64,000 bases of DNA from Candidatus Omnitrophota bacterium (GTDB lineage: Bacteria; Omnitrophota; Gorgyraeia; Gygaellales; Profunditerraquicolaceae): positions 4,721-68,720 of the forward strand of contig JAUYDL010000029.1 in NCBI GenBank assembly GCA_030691865.1, given 5' to 3'. The notes below the pieces were generated by a model. It was not told the DNA's origin. It made no database searches and saw nothing but the letters and a program-made list of their open reading frames with translations. The translations under genes and the position numbers were made by a program. Below are positions 45,279 through 56,136 of this stretch, piece by piece (the first letter of the stretch is position 1; each line of letters opens with the position of its first letter).

Positions 45279-46585
45279 ATTGTCATTCTGAAAAAATTAT
45301 GTAAAATCCTCTCTACATAAGATAACATTGGCTTGGTAAGCCCCGGATAAACTCCTATCCAAAACAGATTATTCATAACTAAATCGGTGTTTTTTAAATT
45401 TCCTAACACTCGATGTTTTATATTTTTATAAGCCGGCTGCTTAAGTAAGTTCCCTCCAAATAACATTCTGGTGACAATCTTATTACTTTCAAGATAATTA
45501 ACAATCTCTGCCCTTTTAAACGGCACATTTTCCTTAACCAGAATAGGAAAACCAAACCAGCTTGGATCAGAATACATCTGCGCCTGTGGCAGTATAAAAT
45601 AATCGTTATATTTCTCAAAAATTTTATATAAGAATTTAAAGTTTCTTTTCCTTGCGTCAATAAAACCGGGTAGTTTTTCCAGTTGCGCGCAGCCGATAGC
45701 CGCCTGCATATCGGTAACCTTTAAGTTATATCCAATATGCGAATACACATACTTATGGTCATAGCTATAGGGCAAATCGCCAAACTTTTGCTTAAATCTC
45801 ATTTTACAAGTATCATCATGCCCCGGTTCACACCAACAATCTCTCCCCCAATCACGAAAAGACATTATTATCCTTCTTAATAACGGATTATTAGTTAAAA
45901 CCGCTCCGCCCTCTCCCATGGTCAAATGGTGAGGTGGGTAGAAACTACAAGTAGAGATATCACCAAATGTTCCAGTATATCTACCCTTATATTTGGATCC
46001 AAGACTATCGCAATTATCCTCAAGCCACCATAATTTATGTTTCTTTACTATCTGATTAATCTTATTAATATTTACCGGATTCCCCAACGTGTGCGCCGTA
46101 AAAATCGCCTTTGACTTTTTAGTAATCGCTTTTTCTATTTTTTCTGCCTGTATATTATATGTTCCCATCTCTACATCAATGAATACGGGCACAAGGTTAT
46201 TCTGTAGAATCGGATTAAGCGTTGTCGGAAAACCGCAAGCAGTAGTAATTACTTCATCTCCGGGTTTTAATTGCCTTTCCTTTAACAGCGGCGAAGTCAA
46301 TGCGGAAATTGCTAATAGGTTTGCCGATGAGCCTGAATTTGTAAGTAAACAAGATTTAACGCCTAAGAAACTTCCAAGCTTCTCCTCAAACATAGCAGCG
46401 TATCTTCCTGCAGTTAGCCAAAAATCAAGAGATGCATCAACTAAATTTATTAATTCCCTGGAATCATAAACTCTGCCGGCATAATTAATTGTATTTTCAC
46501 CAGAAATAAATTTTTTTTCTTTCGCTTCGGATTTATACAGCTTTTCAATTAATTTAAATATCTTTTTTCTGATTTTATTTTTCAT
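45275..46585 (-). CDS. rfbH: CDP-4-keto-6-deoxyglucose 3-dehydrase (E1, DdhC/RfbH)
   Basis: NSGSSANL, SFYPPHHLTMGEGG (His at the aminotransferase Lys position), RDWGRDCWC, YDHKY. Confidence 0.93.
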   Translation of the reverse strand: MKNKIRKKIFKLIEKLYKSEAKEKKFISGENTINYAGRVYDSRELINLVDASLDFWLTAGRYAAMFEEKLGSFLGVKSCLLTNSGSSANLLAISALTSPLLKERQLKPGDEVITTACGFPTTLNPILQNNLVPVFIDVEMGTYNIQAEKIEKAITKKSKAIFTAHTLGNPVNINKINQIVKKHKLWWLEDNCDSLGSKYKGRYTGTFGDISTCSFYPPHHLTMGEGGAVLTNNPLLRRIIMSFRDWGRDCWCEPGHDDTCKMRFKQKFGDLPYSYDHKYVYSHIGYNLKVTDMQAAIGCAQLEKLPGFIDARKRNFKFLYKIFEKYNDYFILPQAQMYSDPSWFGFPILVKENVPFKRAEIVNYLESNKIVTRMLFGGNLLKQPAYKNIKHRVLGNLKNTDLVMNNLFWIGVYPGLTKPMLSYVERILHNFFRMTI

Positions 46586-47656
46586 TTAATCAATAAAGTC
46601 CTCTTTTGTAAACACCTCAGAATAAAGCACTGGAAGTGGTTTACCGTATATTTTCTTAATTTCATAATCATTAATAAATTTTCTGTCCTCCGCAATAAGA
46701 CAGGTATCAATATAATTTTTAAAGTATTTAATCTTCATCCCCCGTTGAATAATATCTTTTAACGACTCTTCAAAGAAGTTCCCCAATGAAACATGAATAT
46801 ACGGACATGGCATAACATCACCATATTTTGTGATAGATACCATTCTTTTTACCGCTATGCAACCCAAATTAAGGCCATACGCTGGAGTTAGATGTGTGAA
46901 TACATTATATTTTTTTTCCAGTTCGCGCATATACTCCATATCATCTTTACTAATAAGGACATTGTAATTCCCTTCCCATGCCCCGACAGGTTTGGCGTAT
47001 GTTACAAATACCCCCACTCCTTTTTTCTTCGCAAATTCCAGGAATTCAATAAATTCCTGCGACCTAACCCTTTGTTTGGTAACTACAGTCGCCAATATGA
47101 TATTTAGTCCTGCATCCAGACATGCATCGATTGCTTTTATCGCTCTTTCATGCGAACCGGCTTTACGCCTGAATTCATCGTGCTCAGTTGCAGAAAGGCT
47201 GTCCAGGCTTAGTTGAATCTTATCTAACCCTATATTCTTTAAATGTTTTGCTTTTTTAGCATCTAAAAACCATCCATTAGTGTCTGAGGTTATATAAAAC
47301 TTCTGCGGGTCAATCGCCTTGACTATATCATCAAAATCAGGAAAAACTAATGGCTCCCCGCCAGTAATTACAATATGCGCTAAGCCCATTTCGTCAGCTT
47401 GCCGCGAAAGCTCCTTTACATCCTTAATCGTAAAGAACCTGCTCCCGTTTTTACCCCGCAGCTTAGTTATATCGCAATGCTGACAGGCAAAATTACATGT
47501 ATAGTCGTATTGAAATTGTAATATAGCTACACTTTCTCCCCGCTTGATTTTTTCATCATATTTCATAATCTTCTCATAAACATACGGCTTTTCTTTTTTC
47601 AGAAGTTTTCTTTTTTCGTTTTCTTCCGGTTTTAATTGCCCTTGTTGAGCCATCAT
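46586..47656 (-). CDS. Radical SAM protein with SPASM/twitch-like C-terminus
   Basis: CNFACQHC, TGGEP, GCIA...GDVMPCP. Confidence 0.88.
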   Translation of the reverse strand: MMAQQGQLKPEENEKRKLLKKEKPYVYEKIMKYDEKIKRGESVAILQFQYDYTCNFACQHCDITKLRGKNGSRFFTIKDVKELSRQADEMGLAHIVITGGEPLVFPDFDDIVKAIDPQKFYITSDTNGWFLDAKKAKHLKNIGLDKIQLSLDSLSATEHDEFRRKAGSHERAIKAIDACLDAGLNIILATVVTKQRVRSQEFIEFLEFAKKKGVGVFVTYAKPVGAWEGNYNVLISKDDMEYMRELEKKYNVFTHLTPAYGLNLGCIAVKRMVSITKYGDVMPCPYIHVSLGNFFEESLKDIIQRGMKIKYFKNYIDTCLIAEDRKFINDYEIKKIYGKPLPVLYSEVFTKEDFID

Positions 47657-47660
47657 GATA

Positions 47661-49316
47661 TCAATCTCCTAAGCTAAACGAAAGACTAAACATCTCTGCA
47701 TATTTACGCCAAAAAGGTTTTTCTGTTATAATTGCCTTTGCGGTATCCATGTATTGTCGCGCTTTTTCCAGATTACCAAGTTTCTCGTAGCATTCTGCGG
47801 CATAGTAATATGCGATAGCATGGTCGCTTTTCGCTCTTATTGCATTCTCAAATCCTTTCAATGCCATTTCGTAATTTCCCAGGCGGAAGTCGCTGTTATA
47901 TACAAAATTAAGCTCCAAATTTAAGATATATGCCATTTCCTGTATATATTCAGCGGTAAAATCTTCGGTTTCGACAACCGCTTTTTTATAATTGGTATCA
48001 GTAATCCGGCCTTTAAAATAATTTTTTTTAAGGCAGATATCGTACATTTCACTTCCTACAAGAGGAGTGGCAACATTAATTCTAAACCAGTTTGCATAGA
48101 TAGTTTTCAAAAAAATTCTTGAATCCTCAATATCCTGTTTTGTTTCACCAGGCAACCCGATTAAAATATTAACATCAGAATATATTCCAACTTCACGGCA
48201 ATCGTTAATTACACCTTTAATTATAGAAAGGTTAAGCGGTTTGTGCATTATTTCCTTTAAAACCCTTTTGCTTCCTGACTCAACCGACAAAACAAGCTGA
48301 TTAACGCCTACCCTTTTAAAAGCTTCAAGCATTCCCCTGTCAAGAACATAAAGAGCCAATGAATTTGGAAAAAAAGCTGTTAACTGCAATTCCTTAAGTA
48401 TATCAATGATTTCATAAACCCTTTGTTTATCCGCCATTAAGTGATCATCCTGAAAAATAATTGTCTTCGTACTGTATTGGTCTCTAAGGCGTTTAAAATC
48501 CTCTTTGATTCTGGGTAGGCTATAATAACGCATCTTTTTGCCGTGTACCGTGTGTGATGAACAAAAACAACAATTAAAAACACAACCTCTAGAAGTCATC
48601 GCAACTAAATTTTGCTTTTTTCCGGTGACAGAAAGGTAAGCTGCTATTGTTGGGTTTGTTCGATAATCGTCTATTTCCAAAATGTCAAAATCATAAAAAG
48701 GAATTTCATCAAGGTCTTCTATATAATCATGCCTGAATGACTCCTTGTTTTCAGTTTTTCTCCGCGTAATCCACGATGGATTTTCTTCAAGGTACTGCAA
48801 TTTATCATCGGCTTTGACAAGGCCTAACAAAGGCTTTTCGCCTTCACCGTAGCAAAGGGTATCAAAACATATACTATCTCTAAAAATTTCATTATACATA
48901 TTTGTTGGCACACCGCCACCGGCAACTATCATAGCATTCGGAAATATACCGCGGCAGCACTGCGCAATATCCAGCATACTTTGATATAACGGAGTAAATA
49001 ATGCGGATATCCCTACTATGCTCGGGGCATAATCAACCCACGTTGGCGATGAAAGAAATCCTTGGAAAAAACCAGCAAAAGAAGAAAATTCGAAGCTTTT
49101 TATTTTATTTAAAACACAGTTAAAATCAATAAGTTTCGCTTGGGTTTCAGTATACTTTTTCAGATACGCACTCAAAGATATTATACCTAAAGGCATGTCT
49201 GTAATTACAGCTCCGAAGGTACCTGATTTCTTTGACACTGCTTTTACATTGTAAGGGGGATTGACAAAATCGTCATAATTAATATTCGGCGGGACTATAA
49301 ACAATATTCTATCCAT
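47661..49316 (-). CDS. Cobalamin-binding radical SAM protein with C-terminal TPR
   Basis: PLGIISL, GEGE, SRGCVFNCCFC, VESG, TPR-like tail; start uncertain (49316 or 49334). Confidence 0.87.
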   Translation of the reverse strand: MDRILFIVPPNINYDDFVNPPYNVKAVSKKSGTFGAVITDMPLGIISLSAYLKKYTETQAKLIDFNCVLNKIKSFEFSSFAGFFQGFLSSPTWVDYAPSIVGISALFTPLYQSMLDIAQCCRGIFPNAMIVAGGGVPTNMYNEIFRDSICFDTLCYGEGEKPLLGLVKADDKLQYLEENPSWITRRKTENKESFRHDYIEDLDEIPFYDFDILEIDDYRTNPTIAAYLSVTGKKQNLVAMTSRGCVFNCCFCSSHTVHGKKMRYYSLPRIKEDFKRLRDQYSTKTIIFQDDHLMADKQRVYEIIDILKELQLTAFFPNSLALYVLDRGMLEAFKRVGVNQLVLSVESGSKRVLKEIMHKPLNLSIIKGVINDCREVGIYSDVNILIGLPGETKQDIEDSRIFLKTIYANWFRINVATPLVGSEMYDICLKKNYFKGRITDTNYKKAVVETEDFTAEYIQEMAYILNLELNFVYNSDFRLGNYEMALKGFENAIRAKSDHAIAYYYAAECYEKLGNLEKARQYMDTAKAIITEKPFWRKYAEMFSLSFSLGD

Positions 49317-49342
49317 ATATTGCCTTATCAACAATCATAATA

Positions 49343-50479
49343 TTAAACAACTTCCAATCCAAAATCCCTCAATATAGAAACTTTAATATTTCTACCATAC
49401 TTCTGTTGTATAATCCCTGCCACTTCATCTGAGTAACTGGCAGCCATAACAATAACAGCATCTACCGGGTCTGATTCAAGCGCGTCGGGAGAAACTATTG
49501 GGATATGTGTGGCTGGCGTATATTTACCCTGTTTAAATGGTGCAGAGTCAACGACATACCTGATTTTACCGGCTAAATCCATTAAAGAGATAACTGCGAG
49601 CGCCTGATGTCCGGCTCCCCATATCGCCACCTTTTTACCCTTAAAACGACGGATATATTTTTCCACTCCATTCTTAATTTGTACTTGATATTTATGAAAA
49701 TCCGATATATCCAATTTTATTCTTTTTCTTACAATAGCGGAAATTATGTAGTCATGCCAAACTTCATTACAGCTAATAACATCAAAACCATTCAGCTTTA
49801 ACAGGGCATTCAGAGTTTCCTTGGAAAAATAAAACAGGTGATCTCCTATGAATTCAGAAAAAAGCTTTTTTCGCAAAATCATATCAAAATTCGGGACCTC
49901 AATCAGCCCTACAGCATTATCTGTCAAATTATTATATATACCCCTCAAGGTAGAATTTGGCTCCGGAAGATGCTCAAGAAAGCTTAAAATGAAAAATGCT
50001 TCAAATGGAGCGTATTTTAATTGAGCAGCGCTGTTCTGAATAAATCCTTTTGAAACCTTTAGCCTGCTTTTGACACACTCTGCCACGGACTCGCCTGAAT
50101 ACTCCAAGCCATAGGCATCCACGCCAAATTTATTCATAATGGACAGGGATTCTCCACGTCCACAGCCAATCTCAATAATTCTTTTATTTTTAAGCGAAAA
50201 ATCTTTTACAAAACTACCAAATTGCCTTTGCCGAAAACTCTTCATCTCATTTGAGATTCCGCAGGCGCGTATAACCTGTCTATAATAAGGCACTGGCTCG
50301 CTATTTAACTGCGCCAACCCGCAGCCTGAACACTGACAGAGTTCCAGATTAATTCCTTTATCGCTTCCAAGCGACTTTAAATCCGGTAAAAATTGAGCGG
50401 CCTTTGGCATATTTTTGTAGCGCAGCAATGGCACTTTAAAAAATTTGTTACCACATACCCTGCATTTTTTTATTGGCAT
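49343..50479 (-). CDS. SAM-dependent sugar C-methyltransferase-like protein
   Basis: CRVC...CSGCGLAQL Zn site, EIGCGRG, LEH, IEVP, WGAG...DSAPFKQG C-terminal domain. Confidence 0.8.
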   Translation of the reverse strand: MPIKKCRVCGNKFFKVPLLRYKNMPKAAQFLPDLKSLGSDKGINLELCQCSGCGLAQLNSEPVPYYRQVIRACGISNEMKSFRQRQFGSFVKDFSLKNKRIIEIGCGRGESLSIMNKFGVDAYGLEYSGESVAECVKSRLKVSKGFIQNSAAQLKYAPFEAFFILSFLEHLPEPNSTLRGIYNNLTDNAVGLIEVPNFDMILRKKLFSEFIGDHLFYFSKETLNALLKLNGFDVISCNEVWHDYIISAIVRKRIKLDISDFHKYQVQIKNGVEKYIRRFKGKKVAIWGAGHQALAVISLMDLAGKIRYVVDSAPFKQGKYTPATHIPIVSPDALESDPVDAVIVMAASYSDEVAGIIQQKYGRNIKVSILRDFGLEVV

Positions 50480-50488
50480 AAAATACTC

Positions 50489-52870
50489 CTACTCCTGCCG
50501 ATACGTAAAAATAGAAAGTAAGGCAATAAAATAAAAACAAGCGCTTCCAATTAATACTAAATTAAATCCGAATGACATAGCAATCATGATTGCTGCAATC
50601 GAAGCAATAACCGAAGCAGAACCATTTATCGCCCAAGCCCAAGGGACCAAACTACCGTCTTTGGTAGAAATAAGCCTTAGGCCAAGAGGAAAAGCAAAAC
50701 CCATAAAATAAGAAATGGGGGCTACGACCATAGTCACAATACCAATACGAAACCACAGGGACGATAACAGAAAAAGATTTGACAAAAAAGGCATAAGTTT
50801 AACAAGGATAAGTATAAAAATGCCGCAGATAAACACAAGTGCCATTATCCATTGCTTTAGATGCTTCTTTATTAAACCCGAAGATAGGCTTCCAAACCCC
50901 GCTCCAGCCAAAATTGCCGGTATAACTACTGCCATTGAATAAATAGGGCTGCCTAAAAAAAGAACAAACTTTTGCAAAATGCCCATTTCAAGGAGCATGA
51001 ATGCAAAACCAATTGAGAAAAAATAAAAACAGGTAAAAAGGCCTAAATTCGATATGCTGGCTCTTTTTCTTGTAAACATAAGCGGTAGCAAAACAAGGAT
51101 GAGAGATAAAACTGATGCGTGTAAAAAAAGAAATGACAAAACAAAAATGTGCCACACCCCTCTTATGCTATTGAAATATGCTGACGTCCATGGTGCTGAC
51201 GGCTTTATTTGCAAGGGGCCCTTTCTATTGTAGTGATAAAAAAAAGGAATATCATCGGTACTCGGCGTAACATCAAATTCATATTTGTTATAAAACTCGC
51301 TTTCGGTATTGCTATCAGAATATTTAGCCAGGCTCACAAAAGGCTCCATGTAATTTCGCTGGCCCTCACTAACAACAGCGATGTCAGGATACCAAATTTC
51401 CAGCCTATTTGATTTGCAAAATTGAATGAGCTTTTCCTTCTCTGCCCGACTAAAAGGTTTCGTCTTAAAAATTACATTCCCTACTGTCTTATTCTGAGAG
51501 GCTATAACAACTATGTGCTCGCTCGGCCTTTTATATCCTTTCTCTCGGCATGCCGCAAGGGCTATTGAGAAGACACGTAACGCTTCTTTTGGTTTTTCTG
51601 GATAGGCCCATCTGCCTATCTGAATATAACCGGTATCCGTTAAATGGTCCAGATAATCAATAAAAGCTTCTTTGGTATAAAGAAAACTGTCAGAAAGTGT
51701 ATAGGCTCCTGTTGAAAGCGCAAGAAAACTATCAGTATAATATAATATTATAGCGTCATATTTATATGGCGATCTCCTTACAAAACTCCTTCCGTCTTCT
51801 ACAAAGAGGTTTATGTTATTATAAGAAAAGACATTGTTGATCTGATCTGAAAATTTCTCTCTTATTAAATACGCTGTTGTCGGATTAATCTCTACCGCAT
51901 CAACTATTTTCGCAGAATTAAATACTGCTGTAAGAACATCAAATCCACCTCCAGCTCCAATAACAAGCACTCGCTCTGGCGCAACATCGGCCAAAACATA
52001 GGCTGCATTTCTATCAACAAATGTTGTTCGTAATAAATCCCGTGATAAAGCAGGGCTATAAAACCAAGCCATCGCGTCTCCATCCATAACTATATATTTA
52101 AATCCCGGTGCCTTTTTATACGATATAACATCAATACGGGAAATCGGGTTCCATTTTGTGTATTCAACCTCTGTATCCTCCTGAAACACGGTCCAAAATT
52201 GCTTGTGCTTTTCTGGTAAGATGTTATGAAAGATGGAGTCTTCCGGGAAAGCAAGTATCAATATTAAAAAAATGGGCCAAATTAAAATAGCTCTTTTATG
52301 TTTATGAAGTTTATGCTGGAGGTTTATATATAATAGCGGGGCTATACTTAAAAGCGAGGTTATAGTTACTAAGTGTGAGGCTCCTATTGGGCCAATGGAC
52401 ACAATAAAAAATAAACATCCTAAACTAGACCCAATTAAGTTAAAAAAATAAATTTTTGCTGTTATGCCAGGAAAACGCATAAACGAGCCCCCGATTGCTA
52501 ACCCAGCAAAAAAATACGGCAACATAAGTATTAAATATGTTGCCATCAGTCCAAAAATTATCTTTGGATTAGGCGATAATGCGAACGTATCTATAATTGG
52601 GTAATATCCGTACTTAGACGAAATAAAGACTGAGATAGATAAACCTATAAGACAAAACGCATAAAAAGATTCATCGGAAAGATTTTTTAATTTGTTTGAT
52701 AAAAATAATACCGTACCGCTTGTTGCAAATCCCAGTAACGCCATAGTTATTACAATATAGACAAAATGATACCATAATGCTACGGATAGGATGCGTATTT
52801 GCAGAAGCTGTAATTCCAGCGTCACCGCGGAGGTAACCAAGACTATAAAAAACAGCAATCTTCTTGACAT
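50489..52870 (-). CDS. Membrane protein with central spermidine-synthase-like SAM-binding domain
   Basis: N- and C-terminal TM bundles, WNPISRIDV, VLVIGAGGG, AVEINP, EDGRSFV, PSTDDIPFF, WAWAING. Confidence 0.8.
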   Translation of the reverse strand: MSRRLLFFIVLVTSAVTLELQLLQIRILSVALWYHFVYIVITMALLGFATSGTVLFLSNKLKNLSDESFYAFCLIGLSISVFISSKYGYYPIIDTFALSPNPKIIFGLMATYLILMLPYFFAGLAIGGSFMRFPGITAKIYFFNLIGSSLGCLFFIVSIGPIGASHLVTITSLLSIAPLLYINLQHKLHKHKRAILIWPIFLILILAFPEDSIFHNILPEKHKQFWTVFQEDTEVEYTKWNPISRIDVISYKKAPGFKYIVMDGDAMAWFYSPALSRDLLRTTFVDRNAAYVLADVAPERVLVIGAGGGFDVLTAVFNSAKIVDAVEINPTTAYLIREKFSDQINNVFSYNNINLFVEDGRSFVRRSPYKYDAIILYYTDSFLALSTGAYTLSDSFLYTKEAFIDYLDHLTDTGYIQIGRWAYPEKPKEALRVFSIALAACREKGYKRPSEHIVVIASQNKTVGNVIFKTKPFSRAEKEKLIQFCKSNRLEIWYPDIAVVSEGQRNYMEPFVSLAKYSDSNTESEFYNKYEFDVTPSTDDIPFFYHYNRKGPLQIKPSAPWTSAYFNSIRGVWHIFVLSFLFLHASVLSLILVLLPLMFTRKRASISNLGLFTCFYFFSIGFAFMLLEMGILQKFVLFLGSPIYSMAVVIPAILAGAGFGSLSSGLIKKHLKQWIMALVFICGIFILILVKLMPFLSNLFLLSSLWFRIGIVTMVVAPISYFMGFAFPLGLRLISTKDGSLVPWAWAINGSASVIASIAAIMIAMSFGFNLVLIGSACFYFIALLSIFTYRQE

Positions 52871-52873
52871 GCC

Positions 52874-53749
52874 TTATCTCCCCTTATTTTTTTCGATAAT
52901 CTGCTTATTTGAATCATACCAGTTATATAAAGCTTTAAGCGACTTATCAATCGGAGAAAACTTAAAATCTTTCAATTCATCCAAAATTAATGAATTATCC
53001 CCGCTATATTCTTGGCCAAGTCCTTCGGTTTTAATGATTATCTTCAATTTTTTACCGGATATTTTAGCAATTTTATCAGCTATACCCTTAAAATCGACAG
53101 TCTCCCCGGTGCATACGTTATAGACGTTCTTCCGGGGTTTGTTATCGATAAACCATTTTACGATTTTTACCAAATCATCAATATATAAGAAATCAAAGAA
53201 TTTATTTTGGTTAATACTAACGGGTAAGCCAAGAACAGCATTGCAGCAAGCATTTGGAATAAAACGAGTGCGCCAATCATCATATTTACCAAAAACGCCA
53301 AAAAGCCTAAGATTGTAAATATTGCTGCTTGACTGCGCGTATTTAGTCATTATATACTTTGAGAAACCGTATTGATCTTGCGGAACATGCTGGTTGAAAT
53401 ATTCTTCCTTCATCTTAGGTATCCAGTTTTCCCTGCCAAACTCCGCGCCCGAGCCAAAATAAATCATTTTTCCAAAATAATCCTTACATCTGGCAAGGTT
53501 AAAAAACATTTTCAAATTATTTTCCAGGACTTTTAAAGGATCTTTTATGGAATGTTTTGGCGCGGCGTCATAGGTAGCCGTATGGATAATTACATCAAAT
53601 GCGTTACTCTTTATATAATCAAAAATCTTCTGTGAGTCTAAAAGATTAAGTTCTCCACTATTTAAAGAAACAATATCGTATTCGCTATTTAATTGTTCAG
53701 ATAAATTTCGAGCAATAAATCCAGTTCCTCCGGTGATTAATATTTTCAT
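52874..53749 (-). CDS. NAD-dependent epimerase/reductase (extended SDR; YerF-like by context)
   Basis: TGGTGFIA, GSGAEF, YGFSK. Confidence 0.85.
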   Translation of the reverse strand: MKILITGGTGFIARNLSEQLNSEYDIVSLNSGELNLLDSQKIFDYIKSNAFDVIIHTATYDAAPKHSIKDPLKVLENNLKMFFNLARCKDYFGKMIYFGSGAEFGRENWIPKMKEEYFNQHVPQDQYGFSKYIMTKYAQSSSNIYNLRLFGVFGKYDDWRTRFIPNACCNAVLGLPVSINQNKFFDFLYIDDLVKIVKWFIDNKPRKNVYNVCTGETVDFKGIADKIAKISGKKLKIIIKTEGLGQEYSGDNSLILDELKDFKFSPIDKSLKALYNWYDSNKQIIEKNKGR

Positions 53750-55545
53750 GGTTCTTCTATGGGCTTTAGGATCATATTCGCCTTGAATTCTTTTCTATCT
53801 AAAAACGGCCAAAGGTCTTCCATGGGCTTTGAGACCATCTGGCCATCAGGTTTAGCTTCCGATGATACTTTAGGTTGAGTTAATAGATCAGGGTTTACCA
53901 TAACCTCGCATACAACCGGGCCGCGAGAATTAAGGATTAAATTAATTTTCTCTTTTAATTTTTGATGATTACTAAGTTTGAAAGTTTTCAAACCATAGGC
54001 CTTGGCTATTTTTAGCGTATCCGGCAAAGTCAAACCGCTTGAGGGGTCGCAACCTACTAGGCGCCCGCCAAAGAATTTTTGATGCGTGGCCCTAATTGAT
54101 GCATAGGCATTATTGTTTAAAACAAATACCTTAATTGGTAACTGATACCTTTTTAATAATTCTAATTCCTGAATATTATGCTGTAATCCTCCGTCTCCTA
54201 CTAAACAAATAGTCCGCCTCTTACCGCTGGCAATACAGGCGCCGATACTCGCCGGCAAGCCAAACCCCATCGCTCCTAAACCCGGAGAATTAAAGATTCT
54301 CTGCCCCTGTTTAACTTTGAATGTTTGCATGGTTATCTCACTACAGCTGCCAGAACTGCCCGGGACAATTAGATCATCCTTAGTTAGCAATTCAGACAAT
54401 GTATCCACCAAAACATAAGTATTCAGGAATTTCTTTTCTTGTTTAAATTCAGCTAAAACAACCGGATATTTTTTCTTCCAAGACTGACACCTATTTAACC
54501 ATTTTTCAGTATCTAAATTTATTTGATTAGCTTTAATTAAAAGGGCATTTAAAAATCTTGCGGCATCTAGATTAAACTTTATATCGATTTTAGTTGCGAT
54601 CTTTTCTATCTCATACTCATCAATATCAACAATAACTTTTCTGGCTGCTCTGGCAAAATTGCCATAATTATAGGCAACTTGCGCCACATCTAACCTTGCG
54701 CCAATACAAATTATCAAATCCGCGTTTTGCTGGGCAAAGTTTGCACCACGTTGTCCGACAGAACCCGGCCGGCCAACATATAAAGGATGATCCTGCGGCA
54801 AAATATCTAAAGATCTCCAGGTGGTTAATACCGGAATTCTTGTTTCTTTAATTAACTTTTTAAACTGGTTAATCCCCTTAGCCAATCTAATGCCATTACC
54901 GGCTAAAATAATCGGCCGCTTAGATTGATTAATTAATTTTATCAGCCGATTGATTTTATTATTTAGGCGTTTTTCTTTACTGATCTGTTTTGGCTTAATA
55001 AATTCTTTTAATTTATTTTTATCAATCATTGCTCCCTGAACATCCAGCGGTATATCCAGCCAGACCGGCCCCATTCTTCTTTCGCGAGCGTAATAAACAG
55101 CTTTATCTAAATGGTACTTTATATCTTTAGGCTCCATAATCGTAGCTGCGTATTTAGTAATGGGCTTAACTAATGAAACGATGTCTACTTCTTGGGGCCC
55201 AATTTGACGCACCCCCTTACCAAGCATTAAATCCGCTTTTTTAACTTGCCCTGAAATAATCAAAACAGGGGTAGATTCAATCCAAGAAGCAGCCACCCCG
55301 GTAATAGCATTGGTTCCACCCGGCCCAGTCGTTACTAAAGCCGCTCCAATGTTACCGGTATATTGACTATAAGCATCCGCGGCAATTGCGCAGGCCTGTT
55401 CATGCAAATTAACAACAAACTTTAATTTCTTATTTCTGCCTAAAGAATCCACCAGATGCATGCACCCGCCGCCTGGCAGCATAAAGATATTTTTTACGCC
55501 TAAACCGGCAATATACCCCATTACATAATCAGATAATTTAATCAT
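53746..55545 (-). CDS. ThDP-dependent acetolactate-synthase-like enzyme (YerE-like)
   Basis: GGGCMHLVDS, HEQA, TTGPGGTN, GDGG...NN ThDP motif, SKPMEDLWP; sugar cluster context. Confidence 0.85.
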   Translation of the reverse strand: MIKLSDYVMGYIAGLGVKNIFMLPGGGCMHLVDSLGRNKKLKFVVNLHEQACAIAADAYSQYTGNIGAALVTTGPGGTNAITGVAASWIESTPVLIISGQVKKADLMLGKGVRQIGPQEVDIVSLVKPITKYAATIMEPKDIKYHLDKAVYYARERRMGPVWLDIPLDVQGAMIDKNKLKEFIKPKQISKEKRLNNKINRLIKLINQSKRPIILAGNGIRLAKGINQFKKLIKETRIPVLTTWRSLDILPQDHPLYVGRPGSVGQRGANFAQQNADLIICIGARLDVAQVAYNYGNFARAARKVIVDIDEYEIEKIATKIDIKFNLDAARFLNALLIKANQINLDTEKWLNRCQSWKKKYPVVLAEFKQEKKFLNTYVLVDTLSELLTKDDLIVPGSSGSCSEITMQTFKVKQGQRIFNSPGLGAMGFGLPASIGACIASGKRRTICLVGDGGLQHNIQELELLKRYQLPIKVFVLNNNAYASIRATHQKFFGGRLVGCDPSSGLTLPDTLKIAKAYGLKTFKLSNHQKLKEKINLILNSRGPVVCEVMVNPDLLTQPKVSSEAKPDGQMVSKPMEDLWPFLDRKEFKANMILKPIEEP

Positions 55546-56123
55546 AATAATCTATTTATTTCTGCCAAAGCAGCTGTAACTGATAAATTGCTCTTATTCC
55601 AAGGTTTGCCCACTAATATGCCTCTTATCCCTAATTCTTTGGCCTGGCGGATATTTTCTTCGCTATCCTCAACCAAAACATCAATTTTATTTAGCCATTT
55701 TAAATAATCAGCTTTAGTATTACCATAATTCGGTGCCTGCTCATTTACCCTTAGTGATGGAACAAAATTAAAGCTCCTGATCCATTTGCCAAAGTTCCTC
55801 ATAACCCAATCAGCGGATATGTGCGCTGCTTTTATTGGAACAAAGGTTAAAGCAATATGCCTTGCCTTATCTCCAAACTCTTCAAACCATGCCAATACTT
55901 CCGGATCAGGTTTTATTTCAGAATATGCTTTTGATAATCTAAAACTATCTAAAGATGATAAATATTCTTCTTTAGTGCTCCTGATAATACGTTCTGGGGT
56001 ATTTTCCGTTATTTGTTCAAAATTGACTTTACAATCAGGATGTTCAGGCAACCACTTATTAACCAACCAACAGCGCATTAAATCATTTAATATGTCATCC
56101 ACATCCCAAACGATAGTTATCAT
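55542..56123 (-). CDS. HAD-superfamily phosphatase (5'(3')-nucleotidase-like)
   Basis: WDVDDIL, K, LVEDS, KPWN. Confidence 0.7.
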   Translation of the reverse strand: MITIVWDVDDILNDLMRCWLVNKWLPEHPDCKVNFEQITENTPERIIRSTKEEYLSSLDSFRLSKAYSEIKPDPEVLAWFEEFGDKARHIALTFVPIKAAHISADWVMRNFGKWIRSFNFVPSLRVNEQAPNYGNTKADYLKWLNKIDVLVEDSEENIRQAKELGIRGILVGKPWNKSNLSVTAALAEINRLL

Positions 56124-56136
56124 TAATCAATGGCCT

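Noticed and set aside
53746-55545. ilvB (branched-chain amino acid synthesis)
   Set aside because: No ilvN/ilvC nearby; embedded in CDP-sugar genes, so a YerE-like role is more plausible.
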